Positions 26,340-39,835 of a DNA stretch of 64,000 bases are shown here, piece after piece. Origin of the DNA: Octopus vulgaris (taxonomy: Eukaryota); assembly GCA_951406725.2 (NCBI GenBank), contig OX597821.1:43276001-43340000 (forward strand), written 5' to 3'. A program made the position numbers and the translations under genes. Each line of letters begins with the position of its first letter. Within the stretch, counting starts at the first letter, position 1. The notes under the pieces were generated by a model, which saw nothing but the letters and a program-made list of their open reading frames with translations, did no database searches and had not been told where the DNA came from.

Positions 26340-26675
26340 AAATCATATCTCTCCAGGGGTTGCTAGAGCTATTAATTACTTTTAATTACATCTGAAGTAA
26401 TTACTTCTGTCATTACTCTATAGCAGACATTATATCTGTCCAGGGGTTGCTGAATGTATTAATTTCTTTTAATTACATTTGGAGTAATTACGCATGTCAA
26501 TACTCTATAGTAGATATGTGATATCTGTCCAGGACTTGTTAGATCTGTTAATTACTTTTAATTACATCTGGAGTAATTACATCTGTTGTTATTCTATAGT
26601 AGATATATTACATCTGTCCAGGCTTGTTGGATCTAATAATTACCTTTAATTACATCTGGAGTATTTACATCTTTC
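26340..26675. repeat. Minisatellite, ~88-bp unit, about 4 copies
   Basis: atatctgtccagg...taattacatctggagtaattac...ctctatag recurs near 26346, 26433, 26521 and 26609. Confidence 0.85.
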
Positions 26676-26789
26676 AGAGATTATAGACAACACTACAACT
26701 GATATTTAAATATTTGACATTTACATAATATTATAGTTTTCTCTAATGTTTCACTCATATAACTTCATTAGCAACACTAATGTTGAGAA

Positions 26790-27156
26790 TGCTGGTTGCT
26801 GTTGCTGTTGTTTGTTGAGCAAACAGTCTTCGTCCCACAGCTCGCAAGATGGGAGAAGTCTGAAACATGGTCCTTTGCTATTTGTAAGACCCACAGAAGA
26901 GAAAGCAGGTCAACCCCCGACACCGAGAGCATCGACGGATGGATAAATGCGCATCCAGGCTCAGCAGTTGTGTAGGAAGTCAGGGACAAGAAACAGGAAG
27001 AAAGAGTGAGAGAAAGTTGGAGTGAAAGAGTACAACAGGGGTCGCCACCACCCCCTGCCGGAGCCTCGTGGAGCTTTAGGTGTTTTCGGTCAATCGAAAC
27101 CGCGATCCTCCAACCGCGAGCCCGCTGCCCTAACCATTGGGCCATTGTGCCTCCAC
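26790..27156 (-). mobile_element. tRNA-derived SINE (body Y, tail 3 with CAA/CAG repeats)
   Basis: Head and body nearly identical to the 27550 copy apart from a short deletion, but with an unrelated 3' half ending in caacaaacaacagcaacagc. Confidence 0.8.
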
Positions 27157-27367
27157 TGACAATGCTGGTGATGATGATGGTGGTGGTGCTAATTCTGCAA
27201 CTGTTGTTGCTATTACTTGATGCTAATGCTACTGCTGCTACAAATGTTGGTGCTGTTGCTGTTACTGTTGTTACTAATGCTGCTGCTGGTGTGTCTGTCA
27301 CTGTTGCTAATGCTACTACAACTGCTATTACTTTTGCTGTTGATACTACTGTTACAACTATTGTGAT

Positions 27368-27420
<53 letters not shown>

Positions 27421-27549
27421 GTGTCTTATATATGCAGTAGATTGTTTGCTGCTTAGTTTGTATTATTAATGATAAAAAATAAGGTGGTAACTGACAAAAT
27501 CATTAGGGTATCTGAAAAAAGTACCTTTCAGTATTTATTCCAGCTATTT

Positions 27550-27929
27550 GGAGGCGCAATGGCCCAGTGGTTAGGGCAGCGGACTCACGGTCATAGGATT
27601 GCAGTTTCGATTCCCAGACTGGGCATTGTGAGTGTTTATTGAGCGAAAACACCTAAAGCTTCACAAGGCTCCTGCAGGGGGTGGTGGTGAACCCTGCTGT
27701 ACTCTTTCACCACAACTTTCTCTCACTCTTTCTTCCTGTTTCTGTTGTACCTGTATTTCAAAAGGCCAGCCTTGTCACACTCTGTGTCACGCTGAATCTC
27801 CTCGAGAACTACGTTAGGGGTACACATGTCTGTGGGATGCTCAGCCACTTGCACGTTAATTCCACGAGCAAGCTGTTCCGTTGATCGTATCAGCTGGGAC
27901 CCTCATCGTCGTAACCGACGGAGTGCTCC
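27550..27929 (+). mobile_element. Full-length tRNA-derived SINE (body Y, tail 2) with 14-bp TSD, nested in an older SINE
   Basis: Perfect TSD tattccagctattt at 27536-27549 and 27930-27943; A-box tggcccagtgg, B-box gtttcgattccc. The flanks rejoin into a decayed copy of the 60370-type SINE. Confidence 0.92.
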
Positions 27930-28146
27930 TATTCCAGCTATTTACAATCTGAGTTCAGATCCTAGAGTCAACTTTGCTTTTTGGGGTCCATAGATAATTT
28001 ACCAGTTAAGTTTTGTGATCAATGTTATTGGCTAATTCTTTTCTTTGTACTTAAATTAGAAACCATAATTAATCATAAAGAATATGGTTGCAGAGAAAAA
28101 GATAAGGTGTAGCTGTGTGGTAAGAAGCTTGCTTCCCAACTACATG

Positions 28147-28199
<53 letters not shown>

Positions 28200-28201
<2 letters not shown>

Positions 28202-28750
28202 GCATTGATGCAGTACCAGGCAGTGGCTCTCATGGCTTCTGATCTTAACTGATTGGAAGTGTTATCATGTACATTGTTTTGTCTTAGTATAAAAGATGGA
28301 CTACAGCAAATATTCCGCTCAATACCACAGATTTGCTTGTCAGTTGTTTGACCGTAACCAGTTGAGCATGTCCTTTAGTGGCTGACGATATGTGCATCTC
28401 TGACCACGAGCAGAAGTAGTGGGGGAGCATCATAGCCATGTGTTAAGAGGGATTCTTTTGGGTTTGAATAATTCACCTCTAATGGGTGTTTCATTCAACA
28501 TCCTTAACCCTTATTCAGGGACTTTTTGAGTGGAATGGGTTACTTGGCCAGAAGAAAAATTCTAACTGGGACCCACCTGCAAGGTCATGTGCTCTTTGTC
28601 TTGATATGAGATCACCGTGTCATGCACATATGGCTGTGATGCATGTGCCTAGTGTACCCTTATCAGACATGTAGTCATGATAGGTATACTGGGCTTCATA
28701 TATTTTACCCCAGTGTCACTTTGATGGCATGCACTGCTCTCTCACTCAAT
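28200..28750 (-). mobile_element. Unclassified ~550-bp interspersed repeat bounded by (AAT)n
   Basis: (AAT)n on both sides; its end ttgagtgagagagcagtgcatgccatcaaa recurs at ~33594-33623, also beside tattattatt. Confidence 0.55.
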
Positions 28751-28769
28751 AATAATAATAATGATAATA

Positions 28770-31700
28770 GTAACACGGTGAACTTGGTGTCCCAAAGCCC
28801 TGGCCAGCAACCAAGTTAGAGCTTGTGTTGTATTTGGGATAACCCTGTACAGGAAAATCTCAAATAAATACACCTGGGGAGCAGACTTTGTAAAAAAATC
28901 ATTCTCATTCTTTGCAATGATGATAACAATTTCAAACACAAATAATAGTATGAACAGGAAGACTCCCCCTGGATGTCCAAGACACCAGATCTCCTGTGCC
29001 TAGTTTGGAAATCTCCCGTGCCTTTAGAGGGCAATGGAGTGGAAATCCAAACTCCAACCAGTCATAGTCCTTTTACTGGTCAAAATATGCAATGTGCTTG
29101 CAAATGCAAGTGGTCTGTTGATATGAACAAAAAGGCAATTAAGTGCCATGAGCAAGCCTTGCTAGACAAGAACAATGGCAAATGTAGAGCTGTCAGAAAA
29201 AGATCATTAGAACTTTGGAACTAGCTGGGTATGTTCCAGATTACTGAAAATGGGTTTATGAATCAGATAAGAATAATTTGGAATAGAGGCTTTCTTAATG
29301 TGGCGAATGAATAGGTGAGGTGAAGTTGTAGTAGAGGAGAGGCCAGTCAATCAATATAATGTAGAAAACCCTGTATTATGAGAGGATATAACTGAGGAAC
29401 ACAAAAACCTTAAGACAAGCCTTGAGGATATAATAATTATAAGAACTGAGACTGAGCTGGTGAATTTTAGTTTTGACTGTAACAATGTGAAAAGCATGAC
29501 CCAAAAGTTTGATGAGATTCTGAAACACATTCTGACAAAAGATCTAACAGAAACAAGGGACTTGATCAAATCTGCTTCAATTTTAGTAGGTGAACTGGTT
29601 GGAAAGAGCGGAAAGGAGATGGACAAAAGGAGCCATGGTGGAAACAGAAAATTGAAGTCAATATTAAAACTTTGCGTAAAGATCTGAGTTGCATAAAAGG
29701 GCAATGAAAAAATGCTAAAAAGGTGCAAAGGAATATCTTGATGCAAAACACCAAATAGAAAGAAAGAGTTCAAAACTGTTATGGAAACCCTAAAACAACG
29801 CATGCAGATAAAAACATTAAAGGTGCAATGCTACACTGATTGCATACCACAGTGCCAGTAAAACAAGTTATTCTCAAATAACCAGAGGTAGTTTTTTAAG
29901 AGCTCAGAAGGAAATGTAGACGATAATATACCTCCTGAAGCAGAAGAAACCTGCCAATTTTGGAATAACATCTGGGGGCAAGAAGTTTCCCACAACCATG
30001 GTGCTGAGTGGATTCATTCCGTGAGATCCGAACTCTATCACCTGGAGGTTTTATGACAGGACCAGGTGCATAACAACACTTTGATATAATTGCACAGGTA
30101 TCAAAACTGCCAAACTGGAAAGCAGCAGGACCAGACGGAATTAAAGGCTGTTGGCTTAAGTGGTTTAGGTCAACACACAAGTGAATTGCGTTGCAATTAG
30201 ACAATTGCCCACAGAGTGGTGCAGTTCTGGAGTGGATTGTTGAGGGAAAGAGGACATGGTTGAGGAAAGATCAGTCAAAGGGCAATAAAATTAGCAATTA
30301 TCAACCCATTACTTGTCTTAACCTCTTATGGAAAGTTCTAACAGGATCCTCACAGGGAAAATATATATGTTCCTTGTAGAAAACAATCTACTTCCAGTAG
30401 AACAAAAGGTATGCTGAAAAAGATCTACAAGGGTACCAAAGATCACCTTGTGATAGACAAGGTTGTAATGAAGAACTGCAAATGATACCAAAACAACTTG
30501 TGCATAGCCTAGATAGACTTTAAAAAGGCTTACGACATGTTGCCGCATTTGTGGATTTTGGAAACACTCGACATATGTGGAATAGCTGAGAACATGTGTG
30601 CACTGATTAAGAACAGCGTACCTAGTTGGAAAACATATCTTTTCTGTAACAACCAGCACTTAACTGAGGTAACAATCAAAAGAAGTATCTTCCAGGTAGA
30701 CTCTTGTTTACCTTTGTTATTTGTTATAGTTTTGATCCCACTTTTTGTAGCCCTATGCAAAGTCAACACACAATATGAGCTGTGAAAGAATGGACCTTGT
30801 CTCAATCACCTTCTCTTCATGGATGATTTAAAGCTGTTTGCAAAAACAGAACCTGAAATGGAGAGGCTGGTTGAAACTGTACAGATGTGCAGTAAGGATA
30901 TAGGGATGGAATTCAGTATCTCGAAGTGTGCAGTGCTCACTTTGAAACAGGGGAAAAGAGCAGATTGCAGGGGCATAGAATCGTCAAACAGAGAGAGGGA
31001 ATGGAAGACCTGGATGATGATGGGTACTAGTACCTTGGGATCTTGGAGCTGGACAATATTTTGTGCAAAGAAATGAAAGACGAGGTCATCACTGCATATT
31101 TGAAGCACCTCAAACTTCTCTTGAAATTAAAACTCAAATCAAAGAATCTTGTGACTATCATCAACATATGGGCTGTAGTCATGGTGCCCTCCACCCTAAG
31201 GAAAATGTACACAGGCTTTACATGAAAAAGCGTAAAGGTGGATGTGGGCTGATTAGCATATGGGAGTGCATCAACAGTGAAAGAAGAAACATAGCAGAAT
31301 ATTTGGTAAACAGCAAACAAAACCTGCTGCAGTATGCTGCTAATGCAGAAGGAATTACCAATCATGATTAGCCATGGAATTACATGGTCAGTTCCACTGT
31401 GAAACTAACAAATTAAAAGACCAGGAAGCATCATGGAGGTGACTCAGCAAGGGTGGCCTAGAAATGAAAACTGAAATTCTCATGATCACTGCCCAAGACC
31501 AGGCATTGAATACCAACTCAGCAAAAAGGGATATATTCCACAAAAGTGCAACAAACTTTTGCAGAATGTGTGATAAGAAGGTCGAAAGCATGACTCACAT
31601 TATTGGTGCTTGTAAAAGTCTTGTGCAGAAAGAGTACAAGTGCGGACAGAACAAAGCAGCCCAAAACTTTCACTGGCTACTATGCCAGCAGTATGGATAC

Positions 31701-32240
31701 GAGGTAAAAGGTGCTTGATACCAACATACACTGGAAAATGTAATGGATGAAAAGGGGAAGACAAAAATCCTCTGGGATTTTGACTTGCAGACAGACAAGG
31801 TGTTAGAGCACCGAAGGCCAGATATGGTAACCTTTAGGAGGGACAATTAAAAATGCCTAATAATCAGTGTGGCAGTGCCAGGAGATCAACATATTATTAT
31901 GAAATAAAGAGAAAAGATTGATAAATATGGAGAGCTGAGAATTGAAATTGCCAAGATGTGGCAGCTACAACAGTCATCTATTGTCCTTGGAGCATTGGGT
32001 TCAATACCACCCAACCTGAGAAAGCATCTGGAAACTTTAGAAATATCTTACAATCTAGGTGTATTGCAAAAACCGGCATTACTTGGAACTGCATACTTAT
32101 TGCATAAAGTACTGTTTGTCTGAGGTCCTTGTTGTGACTTGACAGACAGTACAAACCCCCGGTAGGCACAATTTCATCAACCAACAACATCACAATATTG
32201 GATACAAGTGCAACGTCTTAAATAATAGTAATAATAATAG
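28770..32240 (+). mobile_element. Near full-length, decayed R4/Dong-clade RLE non-LTR retrotransposon
   Basis: NWKAAGPDGI, NYQPITCLNLLWKVLTG, GTKDHLVIDK, IDFKKAYDMLPH, IFQVDS..PLLF, HLLFMDDLKLF, CRMC...MTHIIGAC zinc knuckle and RPD endonuclease motif; (TAA)n at both ends; many stops and frameshifts. Confidence 0.88.
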
Positions 32241-34117
32241 ATAAAATACAAAACAATAGTTAGTTTAAATGACAAAAGTCACAGAAGTCTTAGGGTGTTC
32301 AGATTTTGGTTAAAAAAAAATTACAAACTGAAAAAAGAGCTTGACAAAATTAACTAAATTAGCATGGAATAATGGTTTCATATTTTTTATAATTAAGATC
32401 TAAACTGTTAATATATGAATGCAAAAGAGATAGTCGAATAACTGTAAACCTACTTTTGGGCCACCCTGTATATGCATAAAAAATATAATAGAAATGCTTT
32501 AATAAAAATAAATGTTGAAGTTCACTAGATCAATAGAAGGTTGGTCATGTAACTGGAGGAAATACAATAAGTCTTAGCTAAAATATCAAATTCTTAAATT
32601 CAATCTGTTATTAAATATTATGAGCTACAAGCGAAAACTAACCATAGCATATAAACATCATAAAATGGAACAGCAATTTATTTATTTTCTTATCACAGTT
32701 GGTGAACAAATGCACCTGTTGGTTACAGGTTCACCATATTTCTAATGGTCAGCAAGAGAAGGAAGTGTCTGTTACTCTAACAGAATAATTATTATGAGGA
32801 GATTGTTGGAAAAGTACTACATTTTTGCTTTTTCTTACTAATTTGATCTTTCATTGATATATTGATGAAAGACATATGCATATATACATACATGCATGCA
32901 TGTATGTATAAAAGTATACATACTTGCATACATGCATACATACATTCCTGCATACATACATACATGCCTAAATACCTGCATGTATATATCATCATCATCA
33001 TTGTCACTGTTGTCGTCATGATGATGGTCATGATGATGATCATCATCATCATTAATGCCCATCGTTGGCTTGGAGCTATTGTAGAAGACATGATGCTGTG
33101 CAGTGAGTTTGAACCTGAAACCACACATTGAGAAGCAAACTTCTTAACAACACAACCATATTCGTATGTATATATGTATGTGTATAGGTACATATGTATA
33201 TAGATATATACAAAATAAGAAAATGGAGAAATACATCTAAATCAAATATCAATTACCAGATAAAAAACATTTTACCTTTGCCCATATAATACAGTAAATG
33301 AATTGATTGCATCGCAATCCTTAACATTTCTGTATTAACCTTGTTGGGTACTTCACTAGCAGTATATTGGATATATGTTATCCCATGGAGGGTTACATTT
33401 ACAACCCCTATCTCAATTTGTATATATATATATATATATATTTATGTATGCGTGTAAAGATGAAAAACTTCAGTTCCTGATGATTGTCCTTATTCGCCTT
33501 GAAACTTGAGTAAAGTAGCAAAGAAATATTAAATGTTATCGTTTAAATAAATATACGTTTAAAAAAATATACGTTTAAAAAAATATATTATTATTGAGTG
33601 AGAGAGCAGTGCATGCCATCAAACAGACAGCAGGTATGTTCTCTTAACTGGCATTATTAATACCAGAGGGAGTTGTAATGATAGTATCTAGTTAGAAAAA
33701 CGGAAGGGAAGAAATAAAGAATTTCCTTCTCTGTGGGAAAGACAAGCATATGTAGAATGTGATTGGGTATGATCTCTTGGATTGATCACGACAACTCATA
33801 TATAGCAAAGTAGAATGTAACTGCACTGAGTGGCTTTGAGCCGTTGTATGGAGGAGAAAGGACTATTTTGGTTTGAACAGAAGATACAAAATGGTGATGA
33901 ATGCTGGGTAAGAAAACCTTTGTTTTTTAATGACAGTAGAAATTATGTGTTGGGTGGAGGGAGAAAGAAGGATTGAAGAAAAGAGGAAAAAGTATGGTGA
34001 GATTAGATCTCTGGAGGATGAGCTTTATAGAGGAAATGATGAAAGGATTAAGGTGCCTGATGATATACTGTATGGAAGAGCTATCGAAAACACACAGGTA
34101 TGCATGCACACACACAT

Positions 34118-34192
<75 letters not shown>

Positions 34193-34878
34193 TAGATAGA
34201 GATAGCTACAAAAGAGAGAGGGAGAAAGAGACAGAGACAGTAAAAAATAAAAGAATGAGAATACATTGAATGTATATCTGTGAGTGTGTGTGTGTGTGTG
34301 TGTTTATATATCATTATCATCATCATCATCATCATCACCGTCATCTTACTGACCACTTTTCCATTCTTGCATAGGTTGGATGGAATTTGTTGAGGGGATT
34401 TTCTATGGCTGAGTGCTTTTCCTGTCACCAATTCTCACCTGTTTCCATGTAATGTACCATTTCCTCAGACTTGTTTATGTAGAATATGAGCAGAGATACC
34501 TGGCCTTGCTCAGGATTAAAATGGCATAATTTTTTTATTGTTTTACTTGTTTCAGTCATGTGACTGCATCCATGCTGGAGCACTGCCTTTGGTTTAAAAA
34601 AAAATCGACCACAGGATTTATACTTTGTAAGCCTAGTACTTCTTCTATCAGTGTCTTTTGCCGAACCGCTAAGTTATGTAAACATAGCGACATCTGTTGT
34701 CAAGCAATGGTGGGGGGTACAAACACAGACACAGACACAGACACACACATGAATATACAAATATATATGACAGTCTTCTTTCTACATACACATATATGTA
34801 TTTATATATATATATATATATAGTACGTTTATATATTTATTGGCTAAACTGGCAAAATGACCATTCCGAAATTTAACA

Positions 34879-34911
<33 letters not shown>

Positions 34912-34942
34912 TATATATATATCCACATATATACACATACAC

Positions 34943-34997
<55 letters not shown>

Positions 34998-35256
34998 CAT
35001 ATTCACACACACACATATATATACACACATAAATATGCATACATAAATATATATATATACATATATATATGCATATACATATTCTCACGCACACACATAT
35101 ATATACACACATGAATATGCATACATAAATATATATATATGCATAAGTATATATATACATGTATAGTTGAAATATACAGAAAAACAAAAAAGACAAAGAC
35201 AGGTTTATAAACAACAAACAGGTGTATTAGTTTAATGCTTGGGAAGGTGAGAAAGT

Positions 35257-35292
35257 CTTTTACGTTTTAAGCCTATGCTCTTCATCAGAAAG
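35257..35292 (-). ncRNA. Minimal hammerhead-like motif, family A copy 2, GAAA lost
   Basis: Minus: CUUU-CUGAUGA-A-GAGC auag GCUU-AAA-ACGU-A-AAAG; canonical CUGAUGA, but CG to UA change at the stem II/GAAA junction. Confidence 0.55.
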
Positions 35293-35429
35293 GAACACAA
35301 GGAACACAGAGACAGAATAAAAAAAACTTTTGAAGTAGCGGTCAATCATAGCAGCTGGCTGAACAGAGGTAGTTAGACAGGAGAGCTAGGAAGAAGGTGA
35401 GATAATAAAGTATTGGTGATCTCAAAATG

Positions 35430-37487
35430 AAGGTGTGCAGAGATGCTTAAAATATCTGGCGGTGTCGGCTATAGTCAAGTCACCCATATAGTCAATCAGG
35501 TGATATATGAAGGAGTCATACCCAATGACTGGTGTAGCAGCACCATAGTCAGCTGCTACAAAGGTAAAGATGATGCATTAGATATAAATAATTTCAGAGG
35601 TATCAAGTTGTTGGATCAGGTAAGGAAAGTTACAGAGAGGGTCACAGCCCAACTAATTAGGGAGAGGGTTGGTTGAGATGAGATGCAGTTTGGGTTTGTG
35701 CCAGGGAAAAGCACCACTGATGCTATATTTCTGGTAAGATAGCTGCAGGAGAAATACCTAGCCAAAAATAAACCTCTGTACCTGGCTTTCATGACATGGA
35801 GAAAGCCTTTGACAGGGTCCCTTGATCCCTTATGTGGTGGTCAGTGTGGAAACTAGGGATAGATGAGTGGATAGTGAGAGCTGTACAAGCCATGTACTGG
35901 GATGCTGTCAGTAAGGTGAGGGTTGGAAATGAGTACAGTGAAGAATTCCGGGTAGATGTAGGGGTCCACCAAGGCTCAGTCCTCAGCTCCCTCTTATTTA
36001 TCATAGTCCTCCAGGCAATAACAGAGGAATTTAAGACAGGATGCTCACTGGGAGCTTCTCTATGCTGATGACCTTGTTCTAATAGCTGAGTCACTATCAG
36101 AACTAGAGAAGTTTCAGGTGTGGAAGCAAGGTCTAGAATCGTAGGGCCTTAGAGTCAATCTAGCAAAAACCAAAGTCTTAATAAGTAGAAAGGCAGACAA
36201 ATCACAAATCCCACCAGGTAGATGGCCCTGCTCAATTTGTAGAAAAGGTGTAGGTAGAAACTCCACAAGATGTACCTAGTGTAAGCTATGAATACACAAG
36301 AGGTGCAGCAATATCAAAGGAAGACTAACTGGGAAGATAGTTTTTGTGTGTGGTAAATGCTCAGGGGCAATAAACACTGAAAATGTGCAGAAAACAGCTT
36401 CCGTCACATGCCAGCGGAATAAACTAGAAGTAGTTGATAGTTTCTGTTACCTAGGTGACCAAGTCAGTAGTGGGGGTGGGGGATGCTCTGACAGTGTAGC
36501 TGCTAGAATAAGATTAGCCTGCTCAAAGATCAGAGAGTTCCTAACTCTGCTGGTGACAAAGGGCCTCTTGCTCAGAGTAAAAGGTAGACTGTATGACGTA
36601 TGTGTATGAACAGCTATGCTACATGGCAGTGAAACATGGGCCATGACTGCCGAGGACATGTGTAAACTTGCAAGGAATGAAGCTAGTACGCTCTGCTGGA
36701 TGTGTAATGTCAGTGTGCATACATGACAAAGTGTAAGTGCCCTGATAGAAAAGTTGGACCTAAGAAGCATCAAATGTGGTGTGCAAGAGGGATGAATGTG
36801 CTGGTATGGTCATGTGTTGTGTATGGATGAGGACAGCTGTGTGAAAAAGTGTCACACCCTAGCTGTAGAGGGAACCTGTGGAAGAGATAGATCCAGGAAA
36901 ACCTGGAATGAGGTGATGAAGCACGACCTTTGAAGTTGGGCCTCACAGAGGTAATGACAAGTGATTGAGATCTTTGGATATATGCTGTGCTTGAGAAAAC
37001 CCAGCAAGCCAAGTGAGACCATAACTGTGGCCTATGCCAGTGCAGCATAACTGGCCCATTTAAGAGTACTCTTCAATCATTGGGCTTTAAACTGTGCTTG
37101 CAAAGACCTGTTGAGTCAAGTGAAGTCATTGTCGCAGCTGATGACAGTACTGCCTGAATGGCACCTGTGCTGGTGGCACGTAAAAAATCACCATTCAAGC
37201 TTGGTTGATGTCACTGTCACTTGACTGGTCCTGCTGTTGGCACGTAAAAAGCATCATTCAAGCGTGGTTGATGCCAGTACAGCCTGACTGACCCTCATGC
37301 CGGTGGCATATAAAAAGCACCTTCTATAATCTTGGAGTGGTTGGCATTAGGAAGGGCATCCAGCTGTAGAAACTTTGCCAGATCAGATTGGAGCCTGGTG
37401 CAGCTTTCTGGCTTATTAGTCCTCAGGCAAACAGTCCAACCCATGCCAGCATGGAAAGTGAATGTTAAACGATGATGATGATGATGA
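35430..37487 (+). mobile_element. 5'-truncated RTE LINE (RT domain to 3' tail), inactive
   Basis: IPNDW, NFRGIKLL, QFGFVPGKSTTDAIF, DMEKAFDRV, GVHQGSVLS.LLF, LLYADDLVL, YLG and LHGSETW; 3' UTR with subrepeats; taaac(gat)n tail; multiple stops. Confidence 0.93.
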
Positions 37488-37493
37488 ACAATT

Positions 37494-37832
37494 GAGGTAC
37501 ATTAAAGATTTAAAAGATTTCAAAATATTGTATAATTTCTAAACATAAAAGCGTTTTAAGATAATATTAAAATTTTTAAAAGATTTGTAAAAGATCCTAA
37601 AAATAAGAATTTTCCTAAAATTACAGCTGTTGACTCGAAGAAGCATATTGTACATGCTGAATCGAAGAAGTATTTTGTACAACATGCTTCTTAGATTCAA
37701 TATCCATAATTTTGGGAAAATATTTTTAGGATTTTTTACAAATCTTAAAAAAATTTTGATATTGTCTTAAATCGCTTTTATGTTTAGAAATTATATAATA
37801 TTTTAAACTATTTTAAATCATTAATGTACCTC
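37494..37832. repeat. Long imperfect palindrome, ~160-bp arms
   Basis: gaggtacattaaagatttaaaa...ataatttctaaacataaaagcg is mirrored by cgcttttatgtttagaaattat...ttttaaatcattaatgtacctc. Confidence 0.88.
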
Positions 37833-39027
37833 TGATGAGAGAAATGTGGTCAATTGTTATGGATGGAAAACCTGCCCATTTCAAACCACAATTTTTTAAA
37901 ACAGTTGCAAGAATATGTACTCACTAATGATTGATCCTGATTCATCGTATACCACTGCTCCTTGGATTCTCCTACCATCTAACTTCATCATTGATTCATC
38001 AAATTTGAATACTTAACACCAAATATTTTAATGCAGGTACATTTATGTATCATATGCTTTCATGATTTTTATATTTGTACTTGAAGTGATATTGTATATG
38101 AATATGCCTATGATACAAAGGGATTTAATTTGGTAAAGGGACCTGACCTCTGAAATTGGTTCTCCATTCTTGCCTATATTCTTATTGCTCCTTAAGAGTG
38201 CAAATGAGTTGTACTGTATTAAAGGATATCCTTTTGATATACTTCTCTTAATTATTTTCTTTCTCTCTCTCTCACTATATATATATATATATATATCTTG
38301 TGTTGTGTTTCCATACATCATAATATATAAACCAGCTTGCCACAGTGTTTTGAACATATCCAAATCATTGCTTCTGTGATCCTTAGGAATCCTTATGGCC
38401 AATATCTGGCAATCCTGAAGGCACACAGGATACCAGTTGTTAACAGATAATCTTACTAAAATAACAGTGCCTATTCCAAGCTATATAGTAAACTACTTTT
38501 GTAGTTACTCAAGCCTTAAACTGAGAGTTTAAGAGATGCAGGCAAAGCAACCCCTCAATGGACTCAATACACATTTGCAGCTTTGCTTAATGGTTGACTG
38601 ATTAGTGATAGGGAAGCTGTAAAACTAATTACTCCAACAATATACAAACATCTAAAAACAGCACCACCCAAGCTAGCTTGGGAAAATCGATTACAAAAAT
38701 AAAAAAAAAGATAAAGAAAGGGGAAAAATAATTTTCACATCTATTTTTTTATTGAGTGGGTTTCATATTGTTTGATGTTGTAGAGCCAGCTTGTAGAGAC
38801 AACATATTGAACAGAGACAGATGTTCAAATGAATGAAAACAGGAGTATTAAAAGTTTATCTCAAATTAATTCCTTTTGTTTCATTAGTGTCTTCATTTCC
38901 AGGGATCAAAAATTGGCAGAAATAGTAAAAAATTTTTTTTTTCTAATAGTTATTCCCTTCTCTCCAAATTCTGAGCTCATTTCTGTTTTTGAATAAAGTC
39001 GATCTTTTATATTTTCAAAGTCCATGA

Positions 39028-39835
39028 AATCATCATCATCGTTTAACGTCCACTTTCCATCCTGGCATGGTTTGGACGGTTTGATCAAGAAGTGGTAAGC
39101 CAGGAGGCTACACCAGGCTCCAATCTGATCTGGCAAGGTTTCTACAGCTGGATGCCCTTCCAAATGCCAACCATTGCAAGTAGTGGGTGATTTTTACATG
39201 TCACTGGCACAGGGTCCAGTCAGGTGGCACTGGCATTGACCACACTTGAATGGTTCTTTTTTATGTACCATCGACACAGGTGCCAGTCAGGTGGCACTGG
39301 CATCAGCTACAACTATGATTTCACTTGACTCAACAGGGTTTCTCAACACAGCATATTGCCTGACGATTGAAGGGTACTTTTAAACAGGCTGGTTATGCGA
39401 CACTGGCATCATCTACAGCTATGATCTCACTTGCCAAGTCTTCTCAATCACAGCATATCTCCAGGTGTCTTGGTCGCTTGTCATTGCCTCTGTGAGGCCC
39501 AATGTTTGAAGGTCATGCTTCACCACCTCATCCCATGTCTCCCTGGGTCTACCTCTTCCATAGGTTCCTTCCACTGTTAGGGTGTGGCACTTCTTCACAA
39601 AGCTGTCCTCATCCATATGCAACACATACCAGTGCACAAAGCTGTCCTCATCCATATGCAACACATACCAACACATACCATATGACCATACCAGTGCAGT
39701 CGTCTCTCTTACGCACAACATCTGATGCTTCTTATGTCCAACTTTTCTCTCAGGGCACTTACACTCTGTTGTGTATGCACACCAACATTACACATCCAGT
39801 GGAGCATACTGGCTTCATTTCTTTTACGCCTAGGT
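39028..39835 (-). mobile_element. 5'-truncated RTE LINE 3' end with internal ~39-bp duplication
   Basis: WYVLHMDEDSFV appears twice, then GRGRPRETW; (GAT)n tail at ~39030. Confidence 0.85.

Noticed and set aside
26340-26675. CRISPR-like repeat with internal palindrome
   Set aside because: The whole unit is repeated, with no unique spacers and no cas genes; eukaryotic context.
33470-33520. Hammerhead motif CTGATGA-N17-GAAACTTGAGTA
   Set aside because: Core words and a stem III are present, but stems I and II do not pair; a relic at best.
38040-38480. Penelope RT fragment next to the 37832 motif
   Set aside because: Only faint resemblance (YNITSSTNI versus FDVxSLYTNI); too degenerate to support.
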